From: an uncultured Saprospiraceae bacterium
GTDB taxonomy: Bacteria > Bacteroidota > Bacteroidia > Chitinophagales > Saprospiraceae
DNA length: 64,000 nucleotides
NCBI GenBank assembly: GCA_964414425.1
Contig: CAYPWL010000007.1
Coordinates: 20,789 to 84,788 of the forward strand
Direction: 5' to 3'
The notes beneath the pieces are model-generated. The model was not told where the DNA came from. It saw nothing but the letters and a program-made list of their open reading frames with translations, and made no database searches. The number at the start of each line of letters is the position of its first letter. Positions within the stretch are counted from its first letter, which is position 1. The position numbers and the translations under genes were made by a program. Positions 39,435-48,682 of the stretch are shown here, piece by piece.

Positions 39435-42400
39435 ATGAACCAGATAGATAGAATGAGTAAAATACCATATATGAAAAGTGTTCGACACGTGCTACTGGCA
39501 CTGATAGGGCTTTTTATACTAAGTCCTACTCAAGTTAGTGCAACACACATTGTTGGCTCTGATATGAACTTTCGTTGTTTAGGCAACGACTTTTATGAAG
39601 TAACACTTACGGTACGTAGAGATTGTATTAATGGTGCCGATGATGCCCCATTTGATGATCCTGCCTCTATAGGTATTTTCGATGCCTTCGGCAACTTACA
39701 GCCAGTTTTAGGAACCTTTGGACAAGTGTTTTTGCCATTTGAGGGATCCGATAGAATTGATGGCTCTTTACCTGAGTGCAGCTTTTTAGGTGGTGGAGTA
39801 TGTGTAGATGAAGCGACATACACGGGCATCGTCTTCTTACCATTTAGAGATGATGGCTACTTTTTGGCTTATCAGAGATGCTGTCGAAATGTAACCCTTA
39901 ACAATATTATAGACCCAACAGAGACTGGGACGACTAAGTTTGTTTGTCTTACAGAGACAACACTTAATGAATGCAATAGTAGTCCATCTTTTGGGGAATT
40001 CCCAGAATTAGTGATCTGTGCTAATGAGCCAATTGATTTTGACCATTCGGCCAAAGATTTAGATGGTGACTCTTTAGTTTATAGGCTGTTCACGCCACAC
40101 AGTGGTGCGACTCGTGATATGCCTAAACCACAGCCTCCACAAGGCGCTCCATATGATACGGTGGTATACAGTCAAGGTTTTTCATTAGGCAACCTATTAG
40201 GAGGTGATCCATTGAGAATAGATCCACAAACTGGTGTTATCACTGGTACTCCCAATACTGTTGGACAATTCTTGGTAGGAGTATTAGTAGAGGAGTGGAG
40301 AGATGGAGAGTTATTATCTAAAGTAAGACGAGACTTTGAGTACAATGTTAGAGCATGTGAGGATATCGCTCTTACTGATTTTGATGTAGAGAATGATCTC
40401 GTCTGTGATGGTTTGACCATTAATACAATAAACACCTCTCCTGGCAATTTTGCTTACGAGTGGGACTTTAATTATCCTTCTGGTGATCCAGCATTTAGGT
40501 CTACAGAAGAATCACCCTCGTTCACTTATCCGGCACCTGGATTTTATAGAATCAGTTTGACCTCTATAGACCCTGCTGACGGTTGTGAGGTTACGGTAAT
40601 AGAAGAGATCGGGGTCTTTGAATCCAATATTACAGGTACCATAGAATGCAACATTGGAGATTGTGTGAATGGTACTGTACCGGTAACTTTAAGCACAAAT
40701 GCTATGGATCCTAACTCTCCGATAAGAGAGTTTAGATGGAATATTACAACCGCTAATTCAAGACAAACACTTTTGGGTCAGAACATAGAGGTCTCATTTG
40801 CTTGTGACGACATAGTTAATGTTGAACTTCAAGTAACTACTCAAAACGGTTGTGATATTACTATAGAGAAAAGAGATGTCTTAAATACAGCTGGACTTGA
40901 TGATCCACTCATTGATCCAATCGGTGATGAAGATGAAGATGGAAATGTTGTAGTAACCATATGTCAAGGAGAGAGTACTGACTTATTTGACAATGCAGTA
41001 GATGGTGTAATCTACACGTTTACACCTATGGATGGTTTGAAGTTTACGGACACTATTAATTTCAGTGATCCAGTCGCATGTCCAGATGTAACGACCAAGT
41101 TTGTTGTTACTGCTACCGATGGCGTCAGAACGGATACTGCATGTGTCACTGTGAATGTTGCAGAAAACCCAATGGTCGAAACAAGTGCGGATTCACTTGT
41201 GATCTGCGAAGGGGCTATTCAACGTATCGCTATTACGACCGATCAGACCAACACCATTACCTTCGAGACTACAGAGGGGGTGTTAACTGACGGAATATTC
41301 AGTCCTGATAATCCTGGATTCAGAGTAGGAGAGCAAGGAGGAGTATTTGTCTTTACAGTCTCAGATGGACAGTGTACTACTACAGATTCAATTACATTCC
41401 TAAATACCATCATTACAGAAGTAGATGAGGTAGAAGCAGCAATAGATACGACCACTACATTCAATAGTACGACTAACGTATTTACGTTTACAATTAATGA
41501 AGAAGAACTCTTAGAAAGTTTTGATATCGTATCTATCAGATTTACCATCGAAGCAGACGGAGTCTTAGTAGGTGAAGGTAGCGGTTCGGATATTGCACTC
41601 GAGTTACCTGATGGTACACTCAATGCAAGGGTTATACTATACTTTACTGACAGCAATGGTTGTGAGTACACGTTAATATTTAATATACCGATCAACGATG
41701 ATGTTATTGATGATGATGAGAATGGGCTCATTGACCCTATAGGAGATGTAGATGGTGAGGGTAATGCGACAGTAACAATATGTCGAGGTGATAATACACC
41801 ATTATTCGATCGCTCATTTGACGGAGTAACATATACATTCTCTCCGATGGATGGCTTAAAGTTTACTGATACAATCAATTTCAGTGATCCGGTTGCATGT
41901 CCTGATTCAACAACTAAATATGTTGTAACAGCTACAGATGGAGTAATCTCGGATACAGTGTGTATTACAGTCTTCGTTGTTGATAGACCTACTTTCGAAA
42001 CGAGTAGTGAGTCTATCACGGTGTGTGAAGGTGGATTTGAAGGATTCATGATTAATACAGATCCTAATAATACGATCACATTTCAAAATCCTGATGGACT
42101 TGATTTTGTAAATCCAATTGATCCTAATAATCCCATGATACGTGGCACAGAGCAAGGTGGCTTTATCGTGTTTGACGTATCTAATGGGGTATGTTTTGTG
42201 CGTGACTCTATCCCAGTTTCAGTAATACTTACAGAAGTTGATGAGGTTGAAGCGGCTATTGATACTGTCGTATCATTTGATGCAAGTGAGAATAGATTAA
42301 TGGTTAGCATTAATGAGGAAGAATTAAGAGAGATGTTTGATATCGTATCGATCCGTTATACTGTAGAAGCTGGTGGACAGTTATTCGAAGGTCCTGGATC

Positions 42401-45068
42401 AGATATAGATCTTAGACTTTCGCCACAGGCTACGACAGCAACTGTGACCTACTTCTTCACAGATAGTCAAGGTTGTGAATACACCGTAGTTTTTGTTATC
42501 GATCTTAATAGAGATGATAATAACTTAATTGATCTAAATGATGATGATGGTGATGGCATGATTACAGTATGTCCTGGGCAGAGTGTCAATTTGTTTAACA
42601 GTGCTATACCTGGCGTGACTTACACATTTACGCCTATGGATGGTTTGACATTCACTGATCTGGTCAACTTCAGTGATCCAGTTGCCTCGCCAACCACTAC
42701 GACTACTTATACGATAACGGCTACAGATGGAGTAACTACGGAGACAGCCACAATTACTGTCAATGTTGGAACTGACAACATAGTATTGAGCTTTGATGAG
42801 CCTTCGGTACTTATATGTAGTATCCAAGATCAAGAGAACGTACTTGTAAATAATCCTGTTGATGGGCCTAATACCACTTATGAGTGGTCATTTGATCCTT
42901 CATTTGATAATATAGTTGGTACTGAGCAATTCATTACATTCAATATACCTTCAGGGATGTCAACGCTCTTTGTAAGAGCATTTGATCCGGTGAACTGTGG
43001 TAGTAATATTGCATCGATTGATGTGATACAAGGAACACCAGATTTCACATTTGACTTTGATCCTATTAATAGATGTGAAGGAGGAAATACCTCTACTGAG
43101 GTGAATATCACGGACAATAGTCCTGACCAAGGATTGACTGTCGTTTTTGAACCGAACGATGCCATTGTTTCTGATATTAATACATTGCCTATAACGGTCA
43201 TGGCAGCTGAGGGTCAAGATCAGATAGAACTACCTTATACCGCTACCACAGCAGCAGGATGCGTTGTTATGGAGACGTTGACGATTCAGGTAATGGAGGA
43301 GTTAACAGCTAATATTGCGATAGACTCAGTAATTTGTGATGGCTCGTTTGCCATGTTAAGTGCCAGCTCTAATGTTGATGATGCGATGTTTGAGTGGTCA
43401 TTAGACATGGACTTTATGACTGTCTTAAGTACAGATCAAACTATTGATATATCTATGATGCCTGATGCCACTGTATTCTTAAGAGCATTTAATGACTTCT
43501 GCGAGAGCGATACAGTGAGCACTACCTTGATTCAAGATGGTAATGTAGCATCTCTGGATACGCCAGATAGAATTTGTACAGGTGATACCGTTACGATAAC
43601 AGCCACATCTGTAACAGACTTTACGATCACATTTGAAGCTTCAGATAATATTGTGTCGATGACAGATAGCTCTGTCACAGTCACAATACTTGATGGACAG
43701 GATAATATCTCGATTCCGTATACCGCAACATCAATTCAAGGATGTATCGAAGAGGGCACTATTGAGTTACCACTGGGTGAAATCATAGATCCTCAACCGG
43801 AGTCAATGATCAATTGTGGTACCACATCGATCTCTTTCATGGGAGGAGAAGGAATCATGGATGGCGATATCTTATGGGACTTCGGTGTAAGTGATACTGA
43901 TTCAGATCAGTCGACCAGCGCTAATCCTACTTTTGACTTTGGAGAGCCGGGTACATACACTGTAAGCCTATTGAATAACAGAAGGACTTGTGAGTTTGAA
44001 GATCAAACAATTGAAGTCGTGGTGCCTGAGATTATAGAGTTGACTACTGATAATGATACAGACATCGTGATGTGTGATTCAATGATGATGAGTGGCCCTA
44101 TCTCATTAGGAGTATCTAATAATCTTGGATTACCAGTTACTTATACCGATGATCAAGGCAATGTTTTAGCTATAAGCGACTCATTGATGTTGGATTCTAT
44201 CGGAAGTATAATGTCTATTACGGCGACTGTTACGGACGAGTTTGGATGTTCTGACTCAATAGTATTCAACTTCATAGACTTTGATCCAGACATTGATGTG
44301 ACATTCCCTGGAATGCCTGATGGACAATCAGCGTGTGCAAATGAAGATTTCGAAATAGTACTTGTCAACAATGACTCTACGATGATGTTTGACTTCGTTT
44401 GGTCCCCAGAGGGAGCGATAGTAAGTGGACAGGGTACAGGCAGTGTAATAGCTAACCTTGATGGATCGCAAGACCTGACGGTAGAAGTCACAGATCCAGG
44501 ATCTGGTTGTTCTACTACCATCACTATACCAATAGATGTTGTAGACTTAGATATCGATGTTACATCTTCAGATGATGACAATGAAATATTCCAAGGGCAG
44601 GATGTAGATATCACTGTTAATTCCTCAGGAGATATCGTTGATATCCTGTGGGACAATGGTGTGACTACAGCTACTCAAACGGTCAGCCCTGATGAGACTA
44701 CAACGTATACGGTTACCATCACAGACTCCAATGGATGTATGGCTACTGGGCAGATTACGATTACTGTGATCCCGCCAACATGTAGCGTGGATGATATCTT
44801 CATTCCTACGGCATTTAGCCCGAATAATGACGGCAACAATGATGTCCTTATGGTAAGAAGTAATTTCATTCAAGAGATAGACTTCCAAATCTTAAACCGA
44901 TATGGACAGGAGGTCTTCAGAACCACGGATCCAATGGAAGCTTGGAACGGTAGATTCGAAAATACTGGAAGTGAGTTATCACCAGATGTATTTGCCTATT
45001 GTGTACGTGTTGTATGCATCAATGATGAGGAGTTCATCACGGCAGGGACAGTGAGTCTCGTGAGATAA
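39435..45068 (+). CDS. Giant (1,877 aa) acidic Ig/PKD-repeat surface protein with type-B T9SS C-terminal domain
   Basis: Signal peptide, a Cys-rich N-terminal module shared with the 781-aa protein, PKD repeats (WDFNYPSGD..., WDFGVSDTD...) and internal tandem repeats. C-terminus is FIPTAFSPNNDGNNDVL...ILNRYGQEVF...WNG. The start codon is uncertain (M1, M7 or M13). Confidence 0.9.
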   Translation: MNQIDRMSKIPYMKSVRHVLLALIGLFILSPTQVSATHIVGSDMNFRCLGNDFYEVTLTVRRDCINGADDAPFDDPASIGIFDAFGNLQPVLGTFGQVFLPFEGSDRIDGSLPECSFLGGGVCVDEATYTGIVFLPFRDDGYFLAYQRCCRNVTLNNIIDPTETGTTKFVCLTETTLNECNSSPSFGEFPELVICANEPIDFDHSAKDLDGDSLVYRLFTPHSGATRDMPKPQPPQGAPYDTVVYSQGFSLGNLLGGDPLRIDPQTGVITGTPNTVGQFLVGVLVEEWRDGELLSKVRRDFEYNVRACEDIALTDFDVENDLVCDGLTINTINTSPGNFAYEWDFNYPSGDPAFRSTEESPSFTYPAPGFYRISLTSIDPADGCEVTVIEEIGVFESNITGTIECNIGDCVNGTVPVTLSTNAMDPNSPIREFRWNITTANSRQTLLGQNIEVSFACDDIVNVELQVTTQNGCDITIEKRDVLNTAGLDDPLIDPIGDEDEDGNVVVTICQGESTDLFDNAVDGVIYTFTPMDGLKFTDTINFSDPVACPDVTTKFVVTATDGVRTDTACVTVNVAENPMVETSADSLVICEGAIQRIAITTDQTNTITFETTEGVLTDGIFSPDNPGFRVGEQGGVFVFTVSDGQCTTTDSITFLNTIITEVDEVEAAIDTTTTFNSTTNVFTFTINEEELLESFDIVSIRFTIEADGVLVGEGSGSDIALELPDGTLNARVILYFTDSNGCEYTLIFNIPINDDVIDDDENGLIDPIGDVDGEGNATVTICRGDNTPLFDRSFDGVTYTFSPMDGLKFTDTINFSDPVACPDSTTKYVVTATDGVISDTVCITVFVVDRPTFETSSESITVCEGGFEGFMINTDPNNTITFQNPDGLDFVNPIDPNNPMIRGTEQGGFIVFDVSNGVCFVRDSIPVSVILTEVDEVEAAIDTVVSFDASENRLMVSINEEELREMFDIVSIRYTVEAGGQLFEGPGSDIDLRLSPQATTATVTYFFTDSQGCEYTVVFVIDLNRDDNNLIDLNDDDGDGMITVCPGQSVNLFNSAIPGVTYTFTPMDGLTFTDLVNFSDPVASPTTTTTYTITATDGVTTETATITVNVGTDNIVLSFDEPSVLICSIQDQENVLVNNPVDGPNTTYEWSFDPSFDNIVGTEQFITFNIPSGMSTLFVRAFDPVNCGSNIASIDVIQGTPDFTFDFDPINRCEGGNTSTEVNITDNSPDQGLTVVFEPNDAIVSDINTLPITVMAAEGQDQIELPYTATTAAGCVVMETLTIQVMEELTANIAIDSVICDGSFAMLSASSNVDDAMFEWSLDMDFMTVLSTDQTIDISMMPDATVFLRAFNDFCESDTVSTTLIQDGNVASLDTPDRICTGDTVTITATSVTDFTITFEASDNIVSMTDSSVTVTILDGQDNISIPYTATSIQGCIEEGTIELPLGEIIDPQPESMINCGTTSISFMGGEGIMDGDILWDFGVSDTDSDQSTSANPTFDFGEPGTYTVSLLNNRRTCEFEDQTIEVVVPEIIELTTDNDTDIVMCDSMMMSGPISLGVSNNLGLPVTYTDDQGNVLAISDSLMLDSIGSIMSITATVTDEFGCSDSIVFNFIDFDPDIDVTFPGMPDGQSACANEDFEIVLVNNDSTMMFDFVWSPEGAIVSGQGTGSVIANLDGSQDLTVEVTDPGSGCSTTITIPIDVVDLDIDVTSSDDDNEIFQGQDVDITVNSSGDIVDILWDNGVTTATQTVSPDETTTYTVTITDSNGCMATGQITITVIPPTCSVDDIFIPTAFSPNNDGNNDVLMVRSNFIQEIDFQILNRYGQEVFRTTDPMEAWNGRFENTGSELSPDVFAYCVRVVCINDEEFITAGTVSLVR
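40908..42770 (+). repeat. In-frame tandem repeat inside the giant adhesin: two full units (819 and 798 nt) plus a partial third
   Basis: Units begin at LIDPIGDEDEDG (40908), LIDPIGDVDGEG (41727) and LIDLNDDDGDG (42525). Shared blocks are YTF.PMDGLKFTDTINFSDPVACPD.TTK.VVTATDGV, TEVDEVEAAIDT, FDIVSIR and FTDS.GCEYT. Many synonymous differences separate the units. Confidence 0.85.
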
Positions 45069-45090
45069 TCTCACTGAGAGAAGAAAGCAT

Positions 45091-45127
45091 AAAAAAAGGG
45101 TGTTCAGTTTTTCTGAACACCCTTTTT
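45091..45127. terminator. Bidirectional intrinsic terminator between the adhesin gene and yajC
   Basis: A7, then a 10-bp perfect stem GGGTGTTCAG / CTGAACACCC with loop TTTTT, then T5. It lies between convergent genes. Confidence 0.75.
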
Positions 45128-45142
45128 ACTTTGACTGCTTTT

Positions 45143-45445
45143 TTATTCCTTATGAAAACCCTCAGTCAATTCTTTAGAAATACTTGATCGTGTTACGTCG
45201 ATAAAGCCTTTCTGACTAATCTGTAGTGTTACACTTTTTTCGTCGAGTTTAGTGATAGTCCCAATTATCCCGGAGGTAGTAACGATTTCGTCACCTTTAG
45301 ATAATTCACTCTCAAATCCTATCTGTTCTTTCTGTTTTTTGGCTTGCGGACGGATAAAGAAAAAGTACATAACCCCAATCAAGAGACCCATCATGATCAG
45401 GTTTATCGGTAGGGCTCCAGCATTGCCTTGTAGTAGTATTAGCAT
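45143..45445 (-). CDS. yajC: Preprotein translocase subunit YajC
   Basis: A single TM helix followed by YFFFIRPQAKKQKE and GDEIVTTSGIIGTI, the YajC signature. Confidence 0.9.
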   Translation of the reverse strand: MLILLQGNAGALPINLIMMGLLIGVMYFFFIRPQAKKQKEQIGFESELSKGDEIVTTSGIIGTITKLDEKSVTLQISQKGFIDVTRSSISKELTEGFHKE

Positions 45446-45547
45446 GTCTTAATATTATGTTGTGTGCCCAAAACTAAAAAATATAAGTCAGCTGCACTTT
45501 AGATTATGGATTAGACTTAAGCACTGATATGGCATTCTTAATGTTCC

Positions 45548-45555
45548 TATATTTG
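45548..45555 (+). promoter_or_regulatory. Possible -7 promoter element (TAnnTTTG) for the aldolase gene
   Basis: TATATTTG lies 33 nt upstream of the ATG at 45588. No clear -33 TTG. Confidence 0.3.
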
Positions 45556-45587
45556 CAACTTTTTAATTTTATTATCAAATAAGTTAC

Positions 45588-46661
45588 ATGTCGTCATCAA
45601 GTAAGTTTAGCAAAGGGGTAATTCATGGTCAAGAGCTTAAAGACCTATTCGACTATGCCAATGAAAATGATTTTGCCATACCAGCGGTCAATGTCATTGG
45701 CTCAAGTTCGATTAATGCTGTTATGGAAACCGCAAGAGAAGTCAACTCACCGGTAATTATCCAGTTTTCTAATGGCGGTTCGAGCTTTAATGCAGGCAAG
45801 GGATTGTCCAATGAAAATCAGAGAGCTTCCATCATCGGAGCTAAGGCTGGAGCACTACATGTACATGAGTTAGCTGAGCACTATGGTGTCACTGCAGTAC
45901 TACATACTGATCACTGTGCTAAAAAGATCTTACCATGGATCAAAGGATTGCTTGACGAAGGAAAGCAATATTATAAGGCTCACCGTAAGCCATTATATAG
46001 CTCGCATATGTTAGACTTATCAGAAGAGTCCCTCGAAGAGAATATAGATGTCTGTTGTGAATACTTTGAGGTGATGAATGAGATGGGGATGATGATTGAG
46101 ATTGAGCTTGGTGTTACAGGTGGCGAAGAAGATGGAGTTGACAATACCGACATCGATAGCGCGCGTCTTTATACTCAACCAGAAGAAGTAGCTTATGCGT
46201 ATGAACGATTAAGTAAGATATCTGATCGATTTACAGTAGCTGCGGCATTTGGTAATGTTCATGGTGTATATAAACCTGGTAATGTAGAGTTACGACCAAT
46301 CATACTCAAGAACTCTCAAGAGTATATCAAGCAGAAGTTTAACACACCAGATCAGCCGATCAATTTCGTCTTTCACGGTGGGTCAGGATGCTCTACAGCG
46401 GAGATCCGAGAGGCGATAGAATATGGCGCTATTAAAATGAATATCGATACTGATATGCAATGGGCGTTCTGGTCAGGAGTAAGAGGATACTATCAGAAGA
46501 ATGAGGCATATCTCCAAACACAACTGGGTAACCCAGAAGGCGATGATCAGCCCAATAAGAAGTATTATGACCCAAGAAAATGGTTGAGAGTAGGTGAGGA
46601 TGCTTTCAAAGAAAGACTGACAAAAGCTTTTGATGATCTAAACTGTATAGATCGCAGCTAA
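45588..46661 (+). CDS. fbaA: Class II fructose-1,6-bisphosphate aldolase
   Basis: Close to E. coli FbaA along its length (NDFAIPAVNVIGSSSINAVMETA, VIIQFSNGG, HTDHC, FHGGSG). Confidence 0.93.
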   Translation: MSSSSKFSKGVIHGQELKDLFDYANENDFAIPAVNVIGSSSINAVMETAREVNSPVIIQFSNGGSSFNAGKGLSNENQRASIIGAKAGALHVHELAEHYGVTAVLHTDHCAKKILPWIKGLLDEGKQYYKAHRKPLYSSHMLDLSEESLEENIDVCCEYFEVMNEMGMMIEIELGVTGGEEDGVDNTDIDSARLYTQPEEVAYAYERLSKISDRFTVAAAFGNVHGVYKPGNVELRPIILKNSQEYIKQKFNTPDQPINFVFHGGSGCSTAEIREAIEYGAIKMNIDTDMQWAFWSGVRGYYQKNEAYLQTQLGNPEGDDQPNKKYYDPRKWLRVGEDAFKERLTKAFDDLNCIDRS

Positions 46662-46684
46662 TCAAAGTCAAATCAAATAAAAAA

Positions 46685-46711
46685 GCCTTCTCACCTGAGA
46701 GGGCTTTTTTT
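46685..46711. terminator. Intrinsic terminator shared by convergent fbaA and dnaG
   Basis: Stem GCCTTCTC / GAGAGGGC (one U-G on the plus strand) with loop ACCT. It is flanked by an A-run upstream and T7 downstream, and overlaps the dnaG stop codon. Confidence 0.65.
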
Positions 46712-48647
46712 ATAATACTACAGTGTTCAGCTTTTCAGCATGTTCTTTCATCTCTACTTTAAATGATTGATAGGCTGTGAGTAAAACGATCCTCTGATCG
46801 TCATTTTCGCATTCAGCTATCTTGGCCTGCCATTGAGACTCCTGCGACTTATAGTATTTCATATAATACCTCATGACTGCCTGATAGATATCCCTCTCAT
46901 GGTTTTCATCAATAGGGCGTTGAGTCTGGAGCTCTACACCTCGCTCTGCCCACTCAGCATAAGTATATGGGCTTGACAAGAAAGCAGTTGCTAAACTCTG
47001 TATTTCTGTATCGCTATGGTTAATGAAGTGTTCCGTTAGGTTCTTGATACCACACTCTTTCTTGGTGTAATACTCTTCAATGACATTCTTATAAAGAGAA
47101 TTAGTAAAGTTCAGGTACTGATCACCTAAGAGCGAGTGGAGATATGCTGATCCTTCGACATCTTCTTCATGAGTGCAGATCTTATGACCGTGTTGCAGCA
47201 ATACCCGTACAATATCTCTTTCTTGATATTGATCATGATTTAACTTTGGTTCTTTCTGCTGTGGTTTCGCCTGTGTTTGGGGTAGCTCACCTTTGATTTC
47301 TGCACGCTGGTATTGTCTTTCTTCTCGTCTTAGGTCATTTTGTTTTTTATAGAGGACTTTATTAAGCCCTTTGTTGACCTCACCAATCAAGGTCCCTTCC
47401 TCTATGGTCAGGATAGATGCGCATTCCTTTATGTAGAGAGACCTCTTGAGTTGATCGCCTATTTTGACAAGACTGCTGGTGAGTTCTTTAATCTGTATGC
47501 TCTTGTTAATAGGATCATTGACATATGTGTCTTGGATATTCTGAGCCAGATTCAATACAAAGTCTGCAGCTTCTTCTTCGATGAATTGCTCGAAGCGCTC
47601 TGTGCCTATCGCTCGGATGTATCCATCAGGATCCATCTGATCAGGTATAGTAGCCAGCTTAACATTAACATCATTTTCTAAGAAGATGTCCAAGCCCCTC
47701 AAGGCTGCATTTTGTCCCGCCTGATCTCCATCATATAGGACGATGACATTTAGCGTGAAGCGCTTGATCAGTTGGACTTGCTCTTGTGTTAGGGAGGTCC
47801 CCGAGGATGCGACTACATTATGTATTCCATTCTGATATAGGCTTAACACATCTGTATATCCCTCAACTAGGATACATTGATCTTTCTTACGGATAGCGGT
47901 TTTCGCTTGAAAGAGCCCATATAAAGTTTTGCGCTTGTTGTAGATTTCAGACTCAGGAGAATTAAGATACTTAGGTGCTTTCTTGATATCCTTGAGTATC
48001 CTACCACCAAACCCAATCGTCTTACCACTGATATTATGAAATGGAAATATGACTCGCTCTCTATAGAAGTCATATCCACCAGAACTTGTTAATCCCAACT
48101 GCTTTAACTTGTCCAGATTGTAACCGGTCTTTAGGGCTTGGTTGGTAAATGCTTTAGAGTCCTTAGGAGAATATCCCAGTTTAAAGGTGTTTATAGTGGT
48201 CTCTAATAGTCCACGGTGCTTGAAGTAGCTTAACCCGATATTGCGCCCCTCATCTGTATTAAACAGTTGATCAACGAAGTAGCCTTCTGCATATTCGTTA
48301 ATGAGGTAATAGCTCTGCCGCTCATTATCACGCTGGATTTGCTCATCACTCTTTTGTTCTTCCTCTATCTTAATATTATACCGCTGCGCAAGGAATCTTA
48401 GAGCCTCTGGATACGTGAACTGTTCGTGTTCCATTAAGAAATTGACAGAGCCACCTCCCTTGCCACATCCAAAGCACTTATAAAGATTTTTGCTGGGAGA
48501 TACGGTAAATGAAGGGGTCTTCTCATTATGAAATGGGCATAGCCCAATCATATTGACTCCTCTGCGCTTGAGGTTGACATAGTCACCCACAACCTCGTCG
48601 ATCTTGGCGGTTGTAAGTATCTCGTCAACTGTCTGCGCTGGTATCAT
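46710..48647 (-). CDS. dnaG: DNA primase
   Basis: Zinc-ribbon CPFHNEKTPSFTVSPSKNLYKCFGCGKGG and Toprim region (LVEGYTDV, YDGDQAGQ). Confidence 0.93.
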   Translation of the reverse strand: MIPAQTVDEILTTAKIDEVVGDYVNLKRRGVNMIGLCPFHNEKTPSFTVSPSKNLYKCFGCGKGGGSVNFLMEHEQFTYPEALRFLAQRYNIKIEEEQKSDEQIQRDNERQSYYLINEYAEGYFVDQLFNTDEGRNIGLSYFKHRGLLETTINTFKLGYSPKDSKAFTNQALKTGYNLDKLKQLGLTSSGGYDFYRERVIFPFHNISGKTIGFGGRILKDIKKAPKYLNSPESEIYNKRKTLYGLFQAKTAIRKKDQCILVEGYTDVLSLYQNGIHNVVASSGTSLTQEQVQLIKRFTLNVIVLYDGDQAGQNAALRGLDIFLENDVNVKLATIPDQMDPDGYIRAIGTERFEQFIEEEAADFVLNLAQNIQDTYVNDPINKSIQIKELTSSLVKIGDQLKRSLYIKECASILTIEEGTLIGEVNKGLNKVLYKKQNDLRREERQYQRAEIKGELPQTQAKPQQKEPKLNHDQYQERDIVRVLLQHGHKICTHEEDVEGSAYLHSLLGDQYLNFTNSLYKNVIEEYYTKKECGIKNLTEHFINHSDTEIQSLATAFLSSPYTYAEWAERGVELQTQRPIDENHERDIYQAVMRYYMKYYKSQESQWQAKIAECENDDQRIVLLTAYQSFKVEMKEHAEKLNTVVL

Positions 48648-48682
48648 CTCTTATAAATGTAATCAAGTAACGACATATAGCT

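Noticed and set aside
41243-42079. 278-aa ORF on the minus strand inside the giant adhesin gene. Similar ORFs occur at 44153-44656, 42878-43201 and 40172-40447.
   Set aside because: It lies wholly antisense to a gene with strong domain and repeat logic. The translation is low-complexity Ser/Val/Thr/Ile with no motif. Long antisense ORFs are expected opposite Asp/Thr/Val/Ile-rich coding sequence.
40908-42770. The idea that the tandem repeats are a diversity-generating retroelement template/variable pair, or a phase-variable cassette.
   Set aside because: No reverse transcriptase or invertase gene lies in the window. Differences between the units are spread over all base types, including many synonymous changes, and are not adenine-focused.
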